Source of the DNA: Hyalangium minutum
GTDB taxonomy: Bacteria > Myxococcota > Myxococcia > Myxococcales > Myxococcaceae
NCBI RefSeq assembly: GCF_000737315.1
Contig: NZ_JMCB01000007.1
Span: 124,001 to 188,000 of the forward strand
Reading direction: 5' to 3'
Length of the DNA: 64,000 bases
Shown piece after piece: positions 28,755 to 39,556 of the stretch. Below the pieces are notes generated by a model. The model saw only the letters and a program-made list of their open reading frames with translations, was not told the DNA's origin and made no database searches. Within the stretch, counting starts at the first letter, position 1, and each line of letters starts with the position of its first letter. Position numbers and translations under genes: made by a program.

Positions 28755-31163
28755 CTACCCGAGCATCTCGTTCAGCAGCTTCGCGACGGCCTTCGGATCC
28801 GCCTGGCCGTTGGTGGCCTTCATGACCTGGCCCGTGAAGAACCCGGTGAGGCCCTTCTTGCCGCCCCGGTACTCGGCGACCTTGGCGGGGTTGGCGTCCA
28901 GCACGCCCTGGATGGCGGCGCGCAGCTGCTTCTCATCGCTGACGACACGCAACCCCTTGCGCTCGACGATGGCCGCAGGCGCCTCGCCGGACGTCTGCGC
29001 CTCCGCGAGCACGTCCTTGGCGATGCGGGAGCTGATACTGCCCTCGGTCACCAGCGCGACGAGCGCCGTCAATTCCTTCACGCCCACGCGGTGGGTGCCC
29101 GCGTGGATGGAGGCGGCCAGATCGTTCACGACCCATGACGCCAGCGCCGCCACCTGCTTGCCCTCAGCTCCCTCCAGGTACGAGGCGAGCTGCGGATCGC
29201 GTGCGAGCAGGTTCGCCTCATTCTCGCTGACGCCCTGCGTGCGCAGGCGCGAGAACACGGCTTCCTGTGCGCTGTCGAGCGCCGCGCGGGCCGGTGCCGG
29301 AGCCGAGGACGCCGCCGTGTCCGCCTTCCTCTCGGGCTTCGGCTTGGACTCCGCCTTGGTGGGCTCTGCCGTCTCGGCCTTCTTGGCCCAGGTGTCCTTC
29401 AGCGTGATGATCCGGTTGAACACCAGCGCGGTGTCGCTGCTGTCCACCGGGTCTCGCCAGAAGTAGCCGGTGCGCTCGAACTGGTAGCGGGCGTCGGCCG
29501 GATCCTTCGTGACGCTCGGCTCCACCAGCCCGTGCGTCACCACGAGGCTGTTCGGGTTCACGAAGCTCATGAAGTCCGTGTTGAGCGGCTGCGCCTCGTC
29601 CTCGTGGCCGGGCTGCTCGGGCTCGAACTGCGCGGCCTCGGCGTCGGGGTTCGGCACCGTGAAGAGGCGGTCGACCAGGCGGAACTCCGCCTTCACGCCG
29701 CGCGTGGCGCTCACCCAGTGGATGACGCCGCTGGCCTTGCCTTCCTCGCCAAGCCACGTGGCGCGCAGCTCCGTGGGCTCTCCGTTCGGGCCCTTGATGA
29801 CCTCATCGCAGCGGATGATGCCCGCGCTCCGCAGGCGCACCGTTCCGCCGGGCGTGAGCCGCTTGAAGCCCTTCGGCGGGTTCTCGCTGAAGTCGTCGTG
29901 CTCGATGACGATCTCCCGCGTCAGCGGCACGTCGCGCACGGCCTTCTCGGTCGCCACGCGCTCGCCAGAAGGAACGAGCACCTTGCCGTCGGCGCTGGGG
30001 CCCGTGGCCTCCTGCGGCCAGTACGGCAGGCTCAGCGTGCGCTCCGCATCCAGGTTCTGGATGACGACCTTCAGCGGGCGCGTCACGGCCATCACGCGAG
30101 GAGTGCGGTTGCTCAGATCCTCGCGGACGGCATTCTCGAAGATCGCCAGGTCCACGGTGCGGTTGGTGCGGCTCACGCCGATCTGCGACGCGAAGGCACG
30201 CACGGACTCGGGGGTGATGCCCCGGCGGCGCATCGCGCTGATGGTGGGCATGCGCGGGTCATCCCAGCCGCGCACCACGCCCTCCTTCACCAGCCGCCGC
30301 AGCTTGCGCTTGCTGACGACCGTGTACTCCATGCTGCGCCGGCCGAACTCGTACTGGCGAGGTGGCTCGCGGCCCTTCTCCTGGGCGGAGAAGAGGTGGT
30401 CCATCAGCCAGTCGTAGATGGCGCGATTGTCGATGAACTCGAGGCTGCACATGCTGTGCGTGATGCCCTCGATGGCGTCGCTGATCGGATGGGCGAAGTC
30501 GTACATCGGGTAGATGCACCACTTGTCCCCAGTGCGGTAGTGCGGCACGTGGACGATGCGGTAGAGCACCGGGTCGCGCAGCTTGAAGTTCGGATGGGCC
30601 AGGTCGATCTTCGCGCGCAGCGCGTGCTCGCCGTTCTTGAACTTGCCCGCGCGCATCTGCCGGAACAGCTCCAGGTTCTCCTCGACGCCGCGGTTGCGGT
30701 ACGGGCTGGGCGTGCCGGGCTTCTCGGCCGTGCCGCGCAGGCGCGCCATCTCCTCGGCGCTGACGCTCTCCACGTACGCCAGGCCCTTCTGGATGAGCTG
30801 CTCCGCGTACTGGTAGAGCTGCTCGTAGTAGTCCGAGGCGTAGAACAGGTGGCGCGTGTCCCAGCCCACCCACTTCATGTCGCGGATGATGCTGTCGGCG
30901 TACTCCTGCGTCTCGCCCTCGGGGTTGGTGTCATCCATGCGCAGGTGGCAGACGCCGCCGTAGTCCTGCGCGGTCATGAAATCCAGGTAGCTGGCGAAGG
31001 CATGCCCCAGGTGCGCGTAGCCGTTGGGCTCCGGAGGGAAGCGCGTGACGACCCGGGTGTGCTTTCCGGACTTGAGGTCCGCGTCGATGATCTCGGTGAT
31101 GAAGTTCGGGGCCACACGCCGCGCCTCGGGGGCGGGGATGAGGTCAGCTGGCGACTTGCTCAT
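28755..31163 (-). CDS. glnS: Glutamine--tRNA ligase with C-terminal YqeY/GatB-like domain
   Basis: [15 protein letters not shown] (HIGH), VVSKRKL (KMSKS-like), [11 protein letters not shown]; C-terminal [17 protein letters not shown]. Confidence 0.96.
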   Translation of the reverse strand: MSKSPADLIPAPEARRVAPNFITEIIDADLKSGKHTRVVTRFPPEPNGYAHLGHAFASYLDFMTAQDYGGVCHLRMDDTNPEGETQEYADSIIRDMKWVGWDTRHLFYASDYYEQLYQYAEQLIQKGLAYVESVSAEEMARLRGTAEKPGTPSPYRNRGVEENLELFRQMRAGKFKNGEHALRAKIDLAHPNFKLRDPVLYRIVHVPHYRTGDKWCIYPMYDFAHPISDAIEGITHSMCSLEFIDNRAIYDWLMDHLFSAQEKGREPPRQYEFGRRSMEYTVVSKRKLRRLVKEGVVRGWDDPRMPTISAMRRRGITPESVRAFASQIGVSRTNRTVDLAIFENAVREDLSNRTPRVMAVTRPLKVVIQNLDAERTLSLPYWPQEATGPSADGKVLVPSGERVATEKAVRDVPLTREIVIEHDDFSENPPKGFKRLTPGGTVRLRSAGIIRCDEVIKGPNGEPTELRATWLGEEGKASGVIHWVSATRGVKAEFRLVDRLFTVPNPDAEAAQFEPEQPGHEDEAQPLNTDFMSFVNPNSLVVTHGLVEPSVTKDPADARYQFERTGYFWRDPVDSSDTALVFNRIITLKDTWAKKAETAEPTKAESKPKPERKADTAASSAPAPARAALDSAQEAVFSRLRTQGVSENEANLLARDPQLASYLEGAEGKQVAALASWVVNDLAASIHAGTHRVGVKELTALVALVTEGSISSRIAKDVLAEAQTSGEAPAAIVERKGLRVVSDEKQLRAAIQGVLDANPAKVAEYRGGKKGLTGFFTGQVMKATNGQADPKAVAKLLNEMLG

Positions 31164-31304
31164 GCGGTCACTCTACTGTCCTGAGGGTATGGATTGGTGC
31201 GATTTGGCGGCGGAACGTAGCAGCCCGCGCGGCCAGGGAGCGGGGATCCTTGCTCCAAGAGCACGCTCCCTTCAGGAGCCCAGCCAAGGCGGTGTTTTAG
31301 AGGT

Positions 31305-31393
31305 CATCCGCTATAACGGACGCTTTTCGCTTGGTTGTCCCAAGGGATATCCGTTATGTTGGAAACAGAGTGAGGCGTCCGTGATAGTGGATG
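31305..31393. promoter_or_regulatory. Three copies of a 14-bp palindrome (consensus TCCGTTATAACGGA); operator array or structured RNA
   Basis: TCCGCTATAACGGA 31307-31320, TCCGTTATGTTGGA 31350-31363, TCCGTGATAGTGGA 31378-31391. Confidence 0.6.
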
Positions 31394-31535
31394 CGTTCAA
31401 ATGATGAAGGCCTGCCGCCGCTGTTGTTGCTCTTCCCAATACCTGTGGTGAATCGGCCGGCCACACCGCCTGTGCCGGTGCCTTGGGAAGCCCATGCGTC
31501 GCAGCGAGCGCTCAGCGCTCGGAAAACTCTCCCCC

Positions 31536-32888
31536 ATGTCCTCTTCCATCCCCCCGGGCGCTTCGCGCGCCATCCCCGTCCTTTTCCTGCTGTGGCTCGG
31601 TCTCGGAAACGTTGCCCAGGCCCAGACTCCCACTGACTCCACGAGCACGCCTCCGCCCCAGCCCGCAGCGGATCAGCCCGTGCCTGCGGAGCCTGTTGCC
31701 GCACAGCCCGCTCCCGCTCCGCCCGCTCTGAGCGCTCCGCCGGAGAAGCCCGCAGCGGAGAAGGAGAAGGACAAAGCTCCCCCCAGCATCACCGCAGAGC
31801 CCGGGAAGGGCGTCGTGGTGAAGGCGGCGGATGGCCGCTACTCCTTCGGAATCCGAGCGCGGCTCCAGCTGCGCAGCACGTACGTCCACTTCGGAGACAG
31901 CGACACCAGCGAGACCCAGGTCCGGACGATCCGTCTCAATGTGGCGGGCAATGTCCTGTCGCCGGACATCAAATACACCATCCAGTTGGCCTTCGGTGGC
32001 AACGACTTCGACACGGGCAGCAGCTCGCCCATCTTCGATGCCTACGTGGACTACACCCGCTTCCGTGACCTGAACATCCGCGTCGGGCAGTTCTTCGTGC
32101 CCTTCGATCGCGCCCGCACCATCCGCGAGTTCGCGCTGCAGTTCGTGGACAGGCAGATCGCGGTGCGCGAGCTGAACCTCGACCGCGACGTGGGGGTGAT
32201 GATCTCGTCCTCCAACCTCTTCGGCCTCTCGGATCTGCTGAGCTACCAGTTCTTCCTCGGTGGAGGAGATGGGCGGAACCGCTTCACGGCGTACTCGGCC
32301 GGACCCCTCACCGTGCTCCGGCTCACGGTGCGGCCCTTCGGCGCCCTGGATGACGATCAGGAGTCGGACCTGACCCGCGCGGACAAGCCCCGGCTCGCCG
32401 TGGGCGTCGCGGGCGCCTACAACTACAGGACTTCGCGCGCTCAGAGCACCATCGGCACGGCCTTCACCGCGGGCACCGCGAACTACACACACCTCGCGGC
32501 GGATGCGGTGTTCAAGTACCGCGGCTTCTCGCTGCTGGCCGAGGGCCTGTGGCGCAAGGCCAACACGGACGTGCTCGAGAGGACCGTCAATGGCACCGTC
32601 ACCCGAGAGCCCACGCGCTCGGGCCATGGCTACTTCGTCCAGGCCGGGTATCTGGTGAACTCGGAGCTCGAGGTGACGGCGCGCTGGGACAAGCTCTTCT
32701 CCCGTGGGCCCACGGATCCGGCGCTGGTGCAGCTCGTGCGGACCCAGGGCAAGCAGCTCGGAGGCGGCCTCAACCTCTATCTGAATGGCCACGCCTTCAA
32801 GGTGCAGGGCGACTACTTCTACATCTTCGGCTCCAGCGGCGTGGAGCCGCGCCACCAGGCCCGTCTCCAGCTCGATGCGAGCTTCTGA
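31536..32888 (+). CDS. Outer-membrane porin (OprO/OprP-like)
   Basis: Signal peptide, Pro-rich linker, DAYVDY..IRVGQFFVPF, RDVG, C-terminal Phe. Confidence 0.85.
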   Translation: MSSSIPPGASRAIPVLFLLWLGLGNVAQAQTPTDSTSTPPPQPAADQPVPAEPVAAQPAPAPPALSAPPEKPAAEKEKDKAPPSITAEPGKGVVVKAADGRYSFGIRARLQLRSTYVHFGDSDTSETQVRTIRLNVAGNVLSPDIKYTIQLAFGGNDFDTGSSSPIFDAYVDYTRFRDLNIRVGQFFVPFDRARTIREFALQFVDRQIAVRELNLDRDVGVMISSSNLFGLSDLLSYQFFLGGGDGRNRFTAYSAGPLTVLRLTVRPFGALDDDQESDLTRADKPRLAVGVAGAYNYRTSRAQSTIGTAFTAGTANYTHLAADAVFKYRGFSLLAEGLWRKANTDVLERTVNGTVTREPTRSGHGYFVQAGYLVNSELEVTARWDKLFSRGPTDPALVQLVRTQGKQLGGGLNLYLNGHAFKVQGDYFYIFGSSGVEPRHQARLQLDASF

Positions 32889-33069
32889 GAGGGGTCCGGC
32901 TCGCTCCTTGCCGGGGTGAGCGGGCCGGGCCCCGGGGCCGGCTGAAGCTGTCAGGATTTCAAGGAGTTACGCCTCGTGCGACGCCGGTGGGAATGGAGAC
33001 GCGCACTCCCCCTGTCTCAGCCTGGGGACAGGGGGCTGCTGCATTGTTCGAGCCTGGTCGCTACATCCT

Positions 33070-34119
33070 ATGGCACACAGTGGGAGTGAGGTGCTTGTGA
33101 GCGACGAGGCCGTGCTGAGTGTGAAGCCGTTGGCGGGGATGCCGTGGGAGACGCCCGATCCCTTCCTGTTCTGTGTCCACCACGATGACGCGTACCCGAA
33201 GGGGAACGAGCAGCTGGGCCCCGCGGCGTCACTTGTGGGCCGGAACATGGGACAGGACTTCGAGGGCAAGGACGGCTGGCGCATGTACCACGGCGACGTG
33301 GTGCCCGGCTTCCCGAGCCACCCGCACCGAGGCTTCGAGACGGTGACCATCGTTCGCCGGGGCTTCATCGATCACTCGGACTCGCTGGGCGCCACGGCGC
33401 GCTTCGGCCATGGGGATGCCCAGTGGCTGACGGCGGGCAAGGGCATCGTCCACTCGGAGATGTTCCCCCTGGTGAACCCGGACGCACCCAACCCGCTGGA
33501 GCTGTTCCAGATCTGGCTCAACCTGCCGAGCGTGGACAAGCTCGCCGAGCCCCACTTCTCCATGCTGTGGAACCAGCACATCCCCCGGCACGTCGCGAAG
33601 GACGCGGCGGGCCGGACCACGGAAGTGACGGTGGTGGCGGGCCAGGTGGCGGGGCTGAAGGCGCCGCCTCCGCCTCCGAAGTCGTGGGCCTCACGCCCGG
33701 ACTCGGACGTGGCCATCTGGACGATCAAGATGGCGCCCGAGGCGCGGTGGACGCTGCCACGCGCCATGCAGGGTGCGAACCGCCGACTGTACTTCTTCAG
33801 CGGGAGCTCGCTCCAGGTGGCGGGCCAGACGGTTCCCGTCTCCCGGATGGTGGCGCTGCGCCCCGAACTGGACGTGGAGCTGGTGAACGGCCCGGCCGAG
33901 AGCGAGCTGCTCCTGCTGCAGGGCCGGCCCATTGGTGAGCGCGTGGCGCAGTACGGCCCCTTCGTGATGAACACGCAGGCGGAGCTCCAGCAGGCCTTCA
34001 TGGACTACCGGCGCACGGAGTTCGGGGGCTGGCATTGGCCGAGCCATGGCCCAGTCCACCCGAAGGGCCAGGGCCGGTTCGCCAAGCACGCGGACGGCCG
34101 CATCGAGCACATGGACTGA
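33070..34119 (+). CDS. Pirin family protein
   Basis: DPFLF, GFPSHPHRGFETVT, AGKGIVHSE and YGPFVMNT motifs. Confidence 0.95.
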   Translation: MAHSGSEVLVSDEAVLSVKPLAGMPWETPDPFLFCVHHDDAYPKGNEQLGPAASLVGRNMGQDFEGKDGWRMYHGDVVPGFPSHPHRGFETVTIVRRGFIDHSDSLGATARFGHGDAQWLTAGKGIVHSEMFPLVNPDAPNPLELFQIWLNLPSVDKLAEPHFSMLWNQHIPRHVAKDAAGRTTEVTVVAGQVAGLKAPPPPPKSWASRPDSDVAIWTIKMAPEARWTLPRAMQGANRRLYFFSGSSLQVAGQTVPVSRMVALRPELDVELVNGPAESELLLLQGRPIGERVAQYGPFVMNTQAELQQAFMDYRRTEFGGWHWPSHGPVHPKGQGRFAKHADGRIEHMD

Positions 34120-34133
34120 CCGGCTCGGGTCTG

Positions 34134-37100
34134 TCACTCCTGGGCGGTGGTGATGGCCCGGGCCACCGCCCGGATGGCCGGACGCGGGTGCTCTCGAAGG
34201 GTGCGCAGGCGCTTGGCGGCATCCTCTCGCCAGTGCAGGCGCTCTCCCGCCGCTCGCACCAGCTCGATGGAGACGAGCGGCGCCTCTTTCTCCAGCCGAT
34301 CCGAGATCTCCAGCAGCGTCTCGGGCTCCCACTCGGCGCTGGGGTGGCTCACCGCCGTAGCGACCTCGCTGGCCAGTGCAGGGGCGAAGAGCGGCTCTTC
34401 CTGGGACTCCTGCGCGAGCGCTTGGAGCGCGGTGGCCACGGTCTCCGCGTCCTTCCACTCCAGGGCACTCAGGCGGAGGCCCGCGCTCTCCGGCCAGAGC
34501 GACGCGTCCGTGGCAATGACTCGCGCCACCTCGTGAAGCCGGGCCCGCAGCCGCAGGCGCACCGAGCGGGGGAAGTTCACGAGCGTCGCGCACAGGTGCT
34601 TGAGGCGCTGACGTGCGGGCTGGTCCCGCTCGGCCGTGGCGTTCTGCGCCTCGGGGGTCGGCAGCATGACGAGCGCCGAGGCCGTCGCCACCACTCGCTC
34701 CACCGCGAGCCCATCCTGGACGGACTCGACCAACGCCCGTGTGGCCTCGCTCCACTCGGCGCCTCCCGTGAGATCCAGGATGCGCTCCGAGGCTGCGCTC
34801 GCCACCTGCTCCTCGGAACCGGGGGACCAGGCCGAGAGTGCGAGCCACGCCCGGCGCCGGACGCTCAGGTCCGGATGCCGGGCCACCTGGAGAACGAGTG
34901 CCGCGTAGCGCGGGCGTACCTCGGACCGCAGCTCCAGGGGGCGCTGGTCCAGCAGGCTCGCGGCCACATAGGTGTCCTCACTGCGCGCCATGGCGTCGAG
35001 CAGCGCCCACGCCTCCTCCGAGTCCAGCAGCTGCCGCGCCGCGTGGCCCACGGCGATGCGCACGTCCCGGTGGAGCTGCGGGCGATCGAACTGCTGGCGG
35101 AGCAGCGCAAGGCTGCGCGCCGAGCGGAACATCCCCAGCAGCCGCACCGCCTCCTTCTGCACGGTGACCTTGAGCTTCTCGCGCTGGAACAGCTCCGCCA
35201 GCGTGGACGAGAGCGTCTCGCCGCTGACCAGTCTCGCCACCCGCGGCACCGCGTACATGGCCACCCGGGCGCGGTCCCCGTCGAGGTTCTCCAGCAGGAG
35301 GGGCAGTGCCGTCTCCGGCCGGTCCAGCCATGCCAGCGCGCCGAGCGCCGCCTCCACGGTGGGCACGTCCTGCGACTGGAGGAACGGGGTGAAGGTGTCC
35401 ACCGTCACCACGGGCATCCGCGGCAGGGTGCGGAGCGCGGACATCCGCTCCCACGCGCTGCGCTGTCCATCCCCGGCGATGCGCACCAGCAGCCCGGCGA
35501 GCTGCTGCTGCTGCCGGGGCAGCCACCGGTGGAAGCCGTCCTGGGCCGGGGGTACCCAGCCCGCGTTGCCCGTGAGGAAGCGCCCTCGCAGCCGCCGGCC
35601 TTGGAGGAACGGGTCCAGCCAGTCCTGCCGGCGCCGGTGGAGGTGCTCGAAGACCCGCGGAATCGTCACGGTTGTCTCATCGCGGTCCAGGAGCTTGCGC
35701 ACCCGCAGCTCTCGCGTGCGCGGCGGCGCGAGCCACAGCGTGATGGCCGTCCGCGCGAGTCCCTCGGGAGAGGCCTCCGTCGCGGGCTCGAGCAGCGCCT
35801 GCAGCATGTCCACGTTCCACGCCCTGCGGCCGAGCGCCTGGGCCAGCGCGAGCAGCAGGTGGTGGCTGTCGCGCTCCGCGGCGGCGCGGATCATGGGCAG
35901 CAGCGTCGCCACGATGCGGTGCTCGGCACCTCGCGGCAGATCCCGCTCCAGCGATGGAAGCGACAGGCTGCCGCTCTGGCCCGCCAGGCGCTTGAGCGTC
36001 TCCAGTGCGAACTGGAACAGCGGGCCCTGGGGCTCGTGGGCGTGGCCCTGCATCAGCCGGAAGGCCAGCCGCTGGAGCGCGGCTCGGGTGGTGGGGGAGG
36101 AATCCCGCGCCTCCACGACGAAGCCCACCAGCTCCGTGAGAGAGGGGATGTGCTCGTCGGTGAAGCTGGAGAGTGGCACCTCCGCCAGCGCGCTGAGTGC
36201 CGCCATGCGCACGGGGTCCTGCTCGTTGCGCAGGCGCTTGAGGTGGGTCAGCGTCTCCGTCATGCCTCGCCGGGACAGCCCGGTGGCGCGCACGAGGTAG
36301 GCGAGCGCCTGGGCCCGGTCCTCGGCCTTGGCGGCGAAGGCGGCCTTGGCCAGGGGCTCTCGCGCGTGCTCGATGAGGCGCAGGGCCTGGGTGGCCAGCA
36401 GCCGGTCGCGATCCTCCCGCACCTCCCGGAACGAGAGCCGCCGCTCCGCCTCCGCGTCCCGCAGCGCATGGGGTAGCACCGCGAGCAGTGCGTCCGGCAG
36501 CTCGCGCGCGGGGATGCCCTCGAACGCGTGGGTGAAGAGCTCCGCGCGCCGCGAGGGAGGCAGCGCTTCCAGGAAGGCGGCCAGGTTCGGCGGAATCTCC
36601 CCGAGGAGCCGGGCCAGGGTGCGCTGCTGCTCCGGTGAGAAGGCGTCGGCCTCCACCAGCATCCCCGAGGGAAGTCCCTGGTTCCGCAGCCAGCCGCGCA
36701 TCGAGGGCCGCGTCAGCAACTCGAAGATCTGGTCTGGATGCCGCCGGGTGAGGCAGCGGATTCCAGCCAGCAGGGGTGAAGGCATCACGTCCAGGGGCGC
36801 GAAGTCGCGCGCGAGGGCGAGCACCTCCGCGCTGCGCAGGCAGGTGAGCTCCGCCAGCGGCTCGTAGTACCGGAAGAAGAGCAGGGCGCGCTCACGCTCC
36901 GGCGCGGCGGCGAAGCGGGACTGGAGGTAGCCGAGCACCGCATCCGGGTAGCGCCACGTCAGGCTGTGCCAGCTCTTCAGCTCGTGGCCCAGCTCCGGCA
37001 GCAGGCGCCGCACGGAGGCCTCATCCAAGGCGGGGAAGAGCAGGGTGGCCTCGGCAGAGCCATGGCGGGAGAGGATCTGGGGGAGGAGCCGGAGCGCCAG

Positions 37101-37472
37101 CGCACCCCTCCGGGCCAGCGCCACGCCCTTGAGCACGCGGCGGCGTACCGAGGGCGCCAGCTCGGGCAGGAGCCGCTCCAGCGAGGCGTCATCCCGGATG
37201 CACGGCCCTGCGAGCGAGGCGGCCAGGGTGCGGATCTGCGAGGAGGGGTGGGTGAGGCCCCGCAGCAGGGGCGCCTCGTCCCGGATGGTGCGCGCCAGCT
37301 GGAGCGCGAGGCCCGCCTCGTACGCATCGCCCGAGAGCAGCTCGTCCATCAGTTGCGTGAGCGCGGCCGTGCTTCGCGCCTCCTTCCCGAGCGCCGCGAC
37401 GCGCGCCATGCGGGCCCCATAAGAGAGGGAGTTCAGCTGTTGGAGCAGCACCTCGCGAGTCGGAACCGTCAT
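34134..37472 (-). CDS. Large alpha-solenoid (HEAT/ARM-like) hypothetical protein
   Basis: 1112 aa, Leu/Ala/Arg-rich helical repeats, GC3-biased frame. Confidence 0.75.
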   Translation of the reverse strand: MTVPTREVLLQQLNSLSYGARMARVAALGKEARSTAALTQLMDELLSGDAYEAGLALQLARTIRDEAPLLRGLTHPSSQIRTLAASLAGPCIRDDASLERLLPELAPSVRRRVLKGVALARRGALALRLLPQILSRHGSAEATLLFPALDEASVRRLLPELGHELKSWHSLTWRYPDAVLGYLQSRFAAAPERERALLFFRYYEPLAELTCLRSAEVLALARDFAPLDVMPSPLLAGIRCLTRRHPDQIFELLTRPSMRGWLRNQGLPSGMLVEADAFSPEQQRTLARLLGEIPPNLAAFLEALPPSRRAELFTHAFEGIPARELPDALLAVLPHALRDAEAERRLSFREVREDRDRLLATQALRLIEHAREPLAKAAFAAKAEDRAQALAYLVRATGLSRRGMTETLTHLKRLRNEQDPVRMAALSALAEVPLSSFTDEHIPSLTELVGFVVEARDSSPTTRAALQRLAFRLMQGHAHEPQGPLFQFALETLKRLAGQSGSLSLPSLERDLPRGAEHRIVATLLPMIRAAAERDSHHLLLALAQALGRRAWNVDMLQALLEPATEASPEGLARTAITLWLAPPRTRELRVRKLLDRDETTVTIPRVFEHLHRRRQDWLDPFLQGRRLRGRFLTGNAGWVPPAQDGFHRWLPRQQQQLAGLLVRIAGDGQRSAWERMSALRTLPRMPVVTVDTFTPFLQSQDVPTVEAALGALAWLDRPETALPLLLENLDGDRARVAMYAVPRVARLVSGETLSSTLAELFQREKLKVTVQKEAVRLLGMFRSARSLALLRQQFDRPQLHRDVRIAVGHAARQLLDSEEAWALLDAMARSEDTYVAASLLDQRPLELRSEVRPRYAALVLQVARHPDLSVRRRAWLALSAWSPGSEEQVASAASERILDLTGGAEWSEATRALVESVQDGLAVERVVATASALVMLPTPEAQNATAERDQPARQRLKHLCATLVNFPRSVRLRLRARLHEVARVIATDASLWPESAGLRLSALEWKDAETVATALQALAQESQEEPLFAPALASEVATAVSHPSAEWEPETLLEISDRLEKEAPLVSIELVRAAGERLHWREDAAKRLRTLREHPRPAIRAVARAITTAQE

Positions 37473-37713
37473 GGGGTCTCCTGAAGCGGGGGCCGAGAGG
37501 CTTGTCCGCCTGTGTATCCTCCGTCAATTCGCTCTGAAACCCGGTGCCCAGGGGGCAGGGAATCAGCCGCCCGGAAGCACGGGCACCGTTGCCTACAGAG
37601 GCTCCTACCCCTCTGATAGTCCTGTCACGGCCATCCTTCTCACCACCGCGCAGCCTTTTCGGTTTACGCTGGTTTTTATCTTGCAGCCCCTCTGCTCTGC
37701 CCCCCACTAGAAG

Positions 37714-39546
37714 ATGAAGCTCAGCCTCGCCGCCAGGGTCACCGCGGCCTTCCTGCTCTTGGTCCTTCTCCTCACCTTTGGGAGCGTGGCGCTCGTGGCC
37801 ATCTCCCTGCGGACGAGCGTGGAAGAGCGCCTCAGCCGCAGCCTGGAGGGGGACATCTCCAGCTGGCGCACCCTCCTGGAGCAGGAGGGGCGGGTGCTCT
37901 CGGTCGCGGCCCACGGCGCCGTCAATGGCCCCGCGCTGCGCGCAGTGCTCGCCAGCGAGGGCATGGATCGCGAGACGCTGGAGGGCATCGCCGCGGAGCA
38001 GCGCGGGCTGATTGGCGTGGACCTGTTGCTGCTCACCGGGCCGAAAGGCAAGGTCCGCGCGGGCAGCCTCTCGGGCACGCCTCCCGGAGACGTGTCCGCG
38101 CTGCTCGACCGCAAGCAGCCCGGGCCGCTCGTGGTCGAGCAGGTCCCCTACTGGAGCGTCATCCAGGCCGTCGAGGCCAACGGGCGCACCGTCGGGTACC
38201 TCGTCCTTGGGGTCCAGGTGGGGGAGAACCTGCTCAGGCGCTTGCGGGAGCAGGGCGGCGCGGAGGCCCTGCTGCTGTTGGATGACGGGGTGAGCGCCAA
38301 CAGCCTGCACTCGGCCAGCGCGGAAGAGGTGCTCAAGGCCCTGCCCGAAGTGGGGGACTCACCGCACTTCCTGGAGCGGGGGGGCTCGCGCATCCTGGTG
38401 ACGCAGATGGAGATGGGCGAGGGCCTGCGGCTGGTGCTCACGCGCAGCGCGGACGAGGAGCTGGCCCGCTACCGCGCCACGCTGCTGTCGCTCATGGAGC
38501 TGGGCGCCGGGGCCGCGCTCGGGGCCGGGCTGCTGGGCTTCCTCATCGTCCGGCGGGTGACGGGGCCGCTGCGGCAGCTCACCGCCGCCACCGCGCGCGT
38601 GGTGGCCGAGGGGGACTTCCGAGGGACGCTGGAGGTGAACTCGCAGGACGAGATTGGCGAGCTGGCCACTTCGTTCGGGCGGATGATGGACCAGCTGCGA
38701 GAGATCCTCTTGGTACTGGACGCCTCGGCCGCCGAGCTGGAGCACGCGGGCTCCCAGCTCTCCTCGGACGCCGCGGCCCAGAACCGGACCGCCACCCGCC
38801 AGGCCTCCGCGCTCTACGAGACGCAGGTGACGGCGCAGGAGCTGCAGCGCAGCTCGCAGCTGGCCGCCCAGCGCGCGCAGGCGATCCTCAAGGGGGCCGA
38901 GCGCGCCGACTCGCTGGGCCGCGCCGGTGAGCGCGCCATCGAGAGCAGCGTGGGGGGCCTCACCTTCATCCGCGATCAGGTGGACCAGATCGCCCTCACC
39001 AGCCACGAGCTCCAGCAGCGCACGCTGCAGATCGGCGGCATTACGCAGACGGTGAAGGACCTGGCGGACCAGTCCAACATGCTGGCGCTCAATGCCGCCA
39101 TCGAGGCGGTGCGCAGCGGCGAGCACGGCAAGGGCTTCGCGGTGGTGGCCCGGGAGATCCGCACCCTGGCGGACCAGTCCGTGGGTGCCACGGCGCGGGT
39201 GCAGGAGATCCTCGAGGACATTCGCGTGGCCATCTCCAACACGGTGGAGACGAGCGAGAACGGCGCGCGTGAGGTGGAGGGCGGCCTGTCCCAGGTGCGC
39301 GCCACGGGCGAGAGCCTGCGCGCCCTGGCCAGCTTGGTGCACGAGAACGGCGTGGCCGTCCGGGAGATCGCCGAGACGGTCAGCCGCCAGGACGTGGGCA
39401 TTGCCCAGCTCTTCGATGCGCTGAAGGATTTGTCCTCGCTCTCGCAGGAGACGGTGACGCGCCTGCAGGCCACCGAGCAGGCCGCCTCGCGGCTCTCGGC
39501 GGCCTCGGGCGAGGTGCGCGCCATGGTGCGCCGCTACAAGCTCTAG
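37714..39546 (+). CDS. Methyl-accepting chemotaxis protein (TM-sensor-TM-HAMP-MA)
   Basis: HAMP (GPLRQL..DEIGELA..F) and signalling hairpin QSNMLALNAAIEA..GEHGKGFAVVAREIRTLA. Confidence 0.95.
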   Translation: MKLSLAARVTAAFLLLVLLLTFGSVALVAISLRTSVEERLSRSLEGDISSWRTLLEQEGRVLSVAAHGAVNGPALRAVLASEGMDRETLEGIAAEQRGLIGVDLLLLTGPKGKVRAGSLSGTPPGDVSALLDRKQPGPLVVEQVPYWSVIQAVEANGRTVGYLVLGVQVGENLLRRLREQGGAEALLLLDDGVSANSLHSASAEEVLKALPEVGDSPHFLERGGSRILVTQMEMGEGLRLVLTRSADEELARYRATLLSLMELGAGAALGAGLLGFLIVRRVTGPLRQLTAATARVVAEGDFRGTLEVNSQDEIGELATSFGRMMDQLREILLVLDASAAELEHAGSQLSSDAAAQNRTATRQASALYETQVTAQELQRSSQLAAQRAQAILKGAERADSLGRAGERAIESSVGGLTFIRDQVDQIALTSHELQQRTLQIGGITQTVKDLADQSNMLALNAAIEAVRSGEHGKGFAVVAREIRTLADQSVGATARVQEILEDIRVAISNTVETSENGAREVEGGLSQVRATGESLRALASLVHENGVAVREIAETVSRQDVGIAQLFDALKDLSSLSQETVTRLQATEQAASRLSAASGEVRAMVRRYKL

Positions 39547-39556
39547 GCGCGGCGCC

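Noticed and set aside
31275-31435. Firm call of 6S RNA (ssrS)
   Set aside because: The rod-like fold is largely explained by repeated palindromes, and the usual zapA/ygfA context is absent; kept only as an alternative hypothesis
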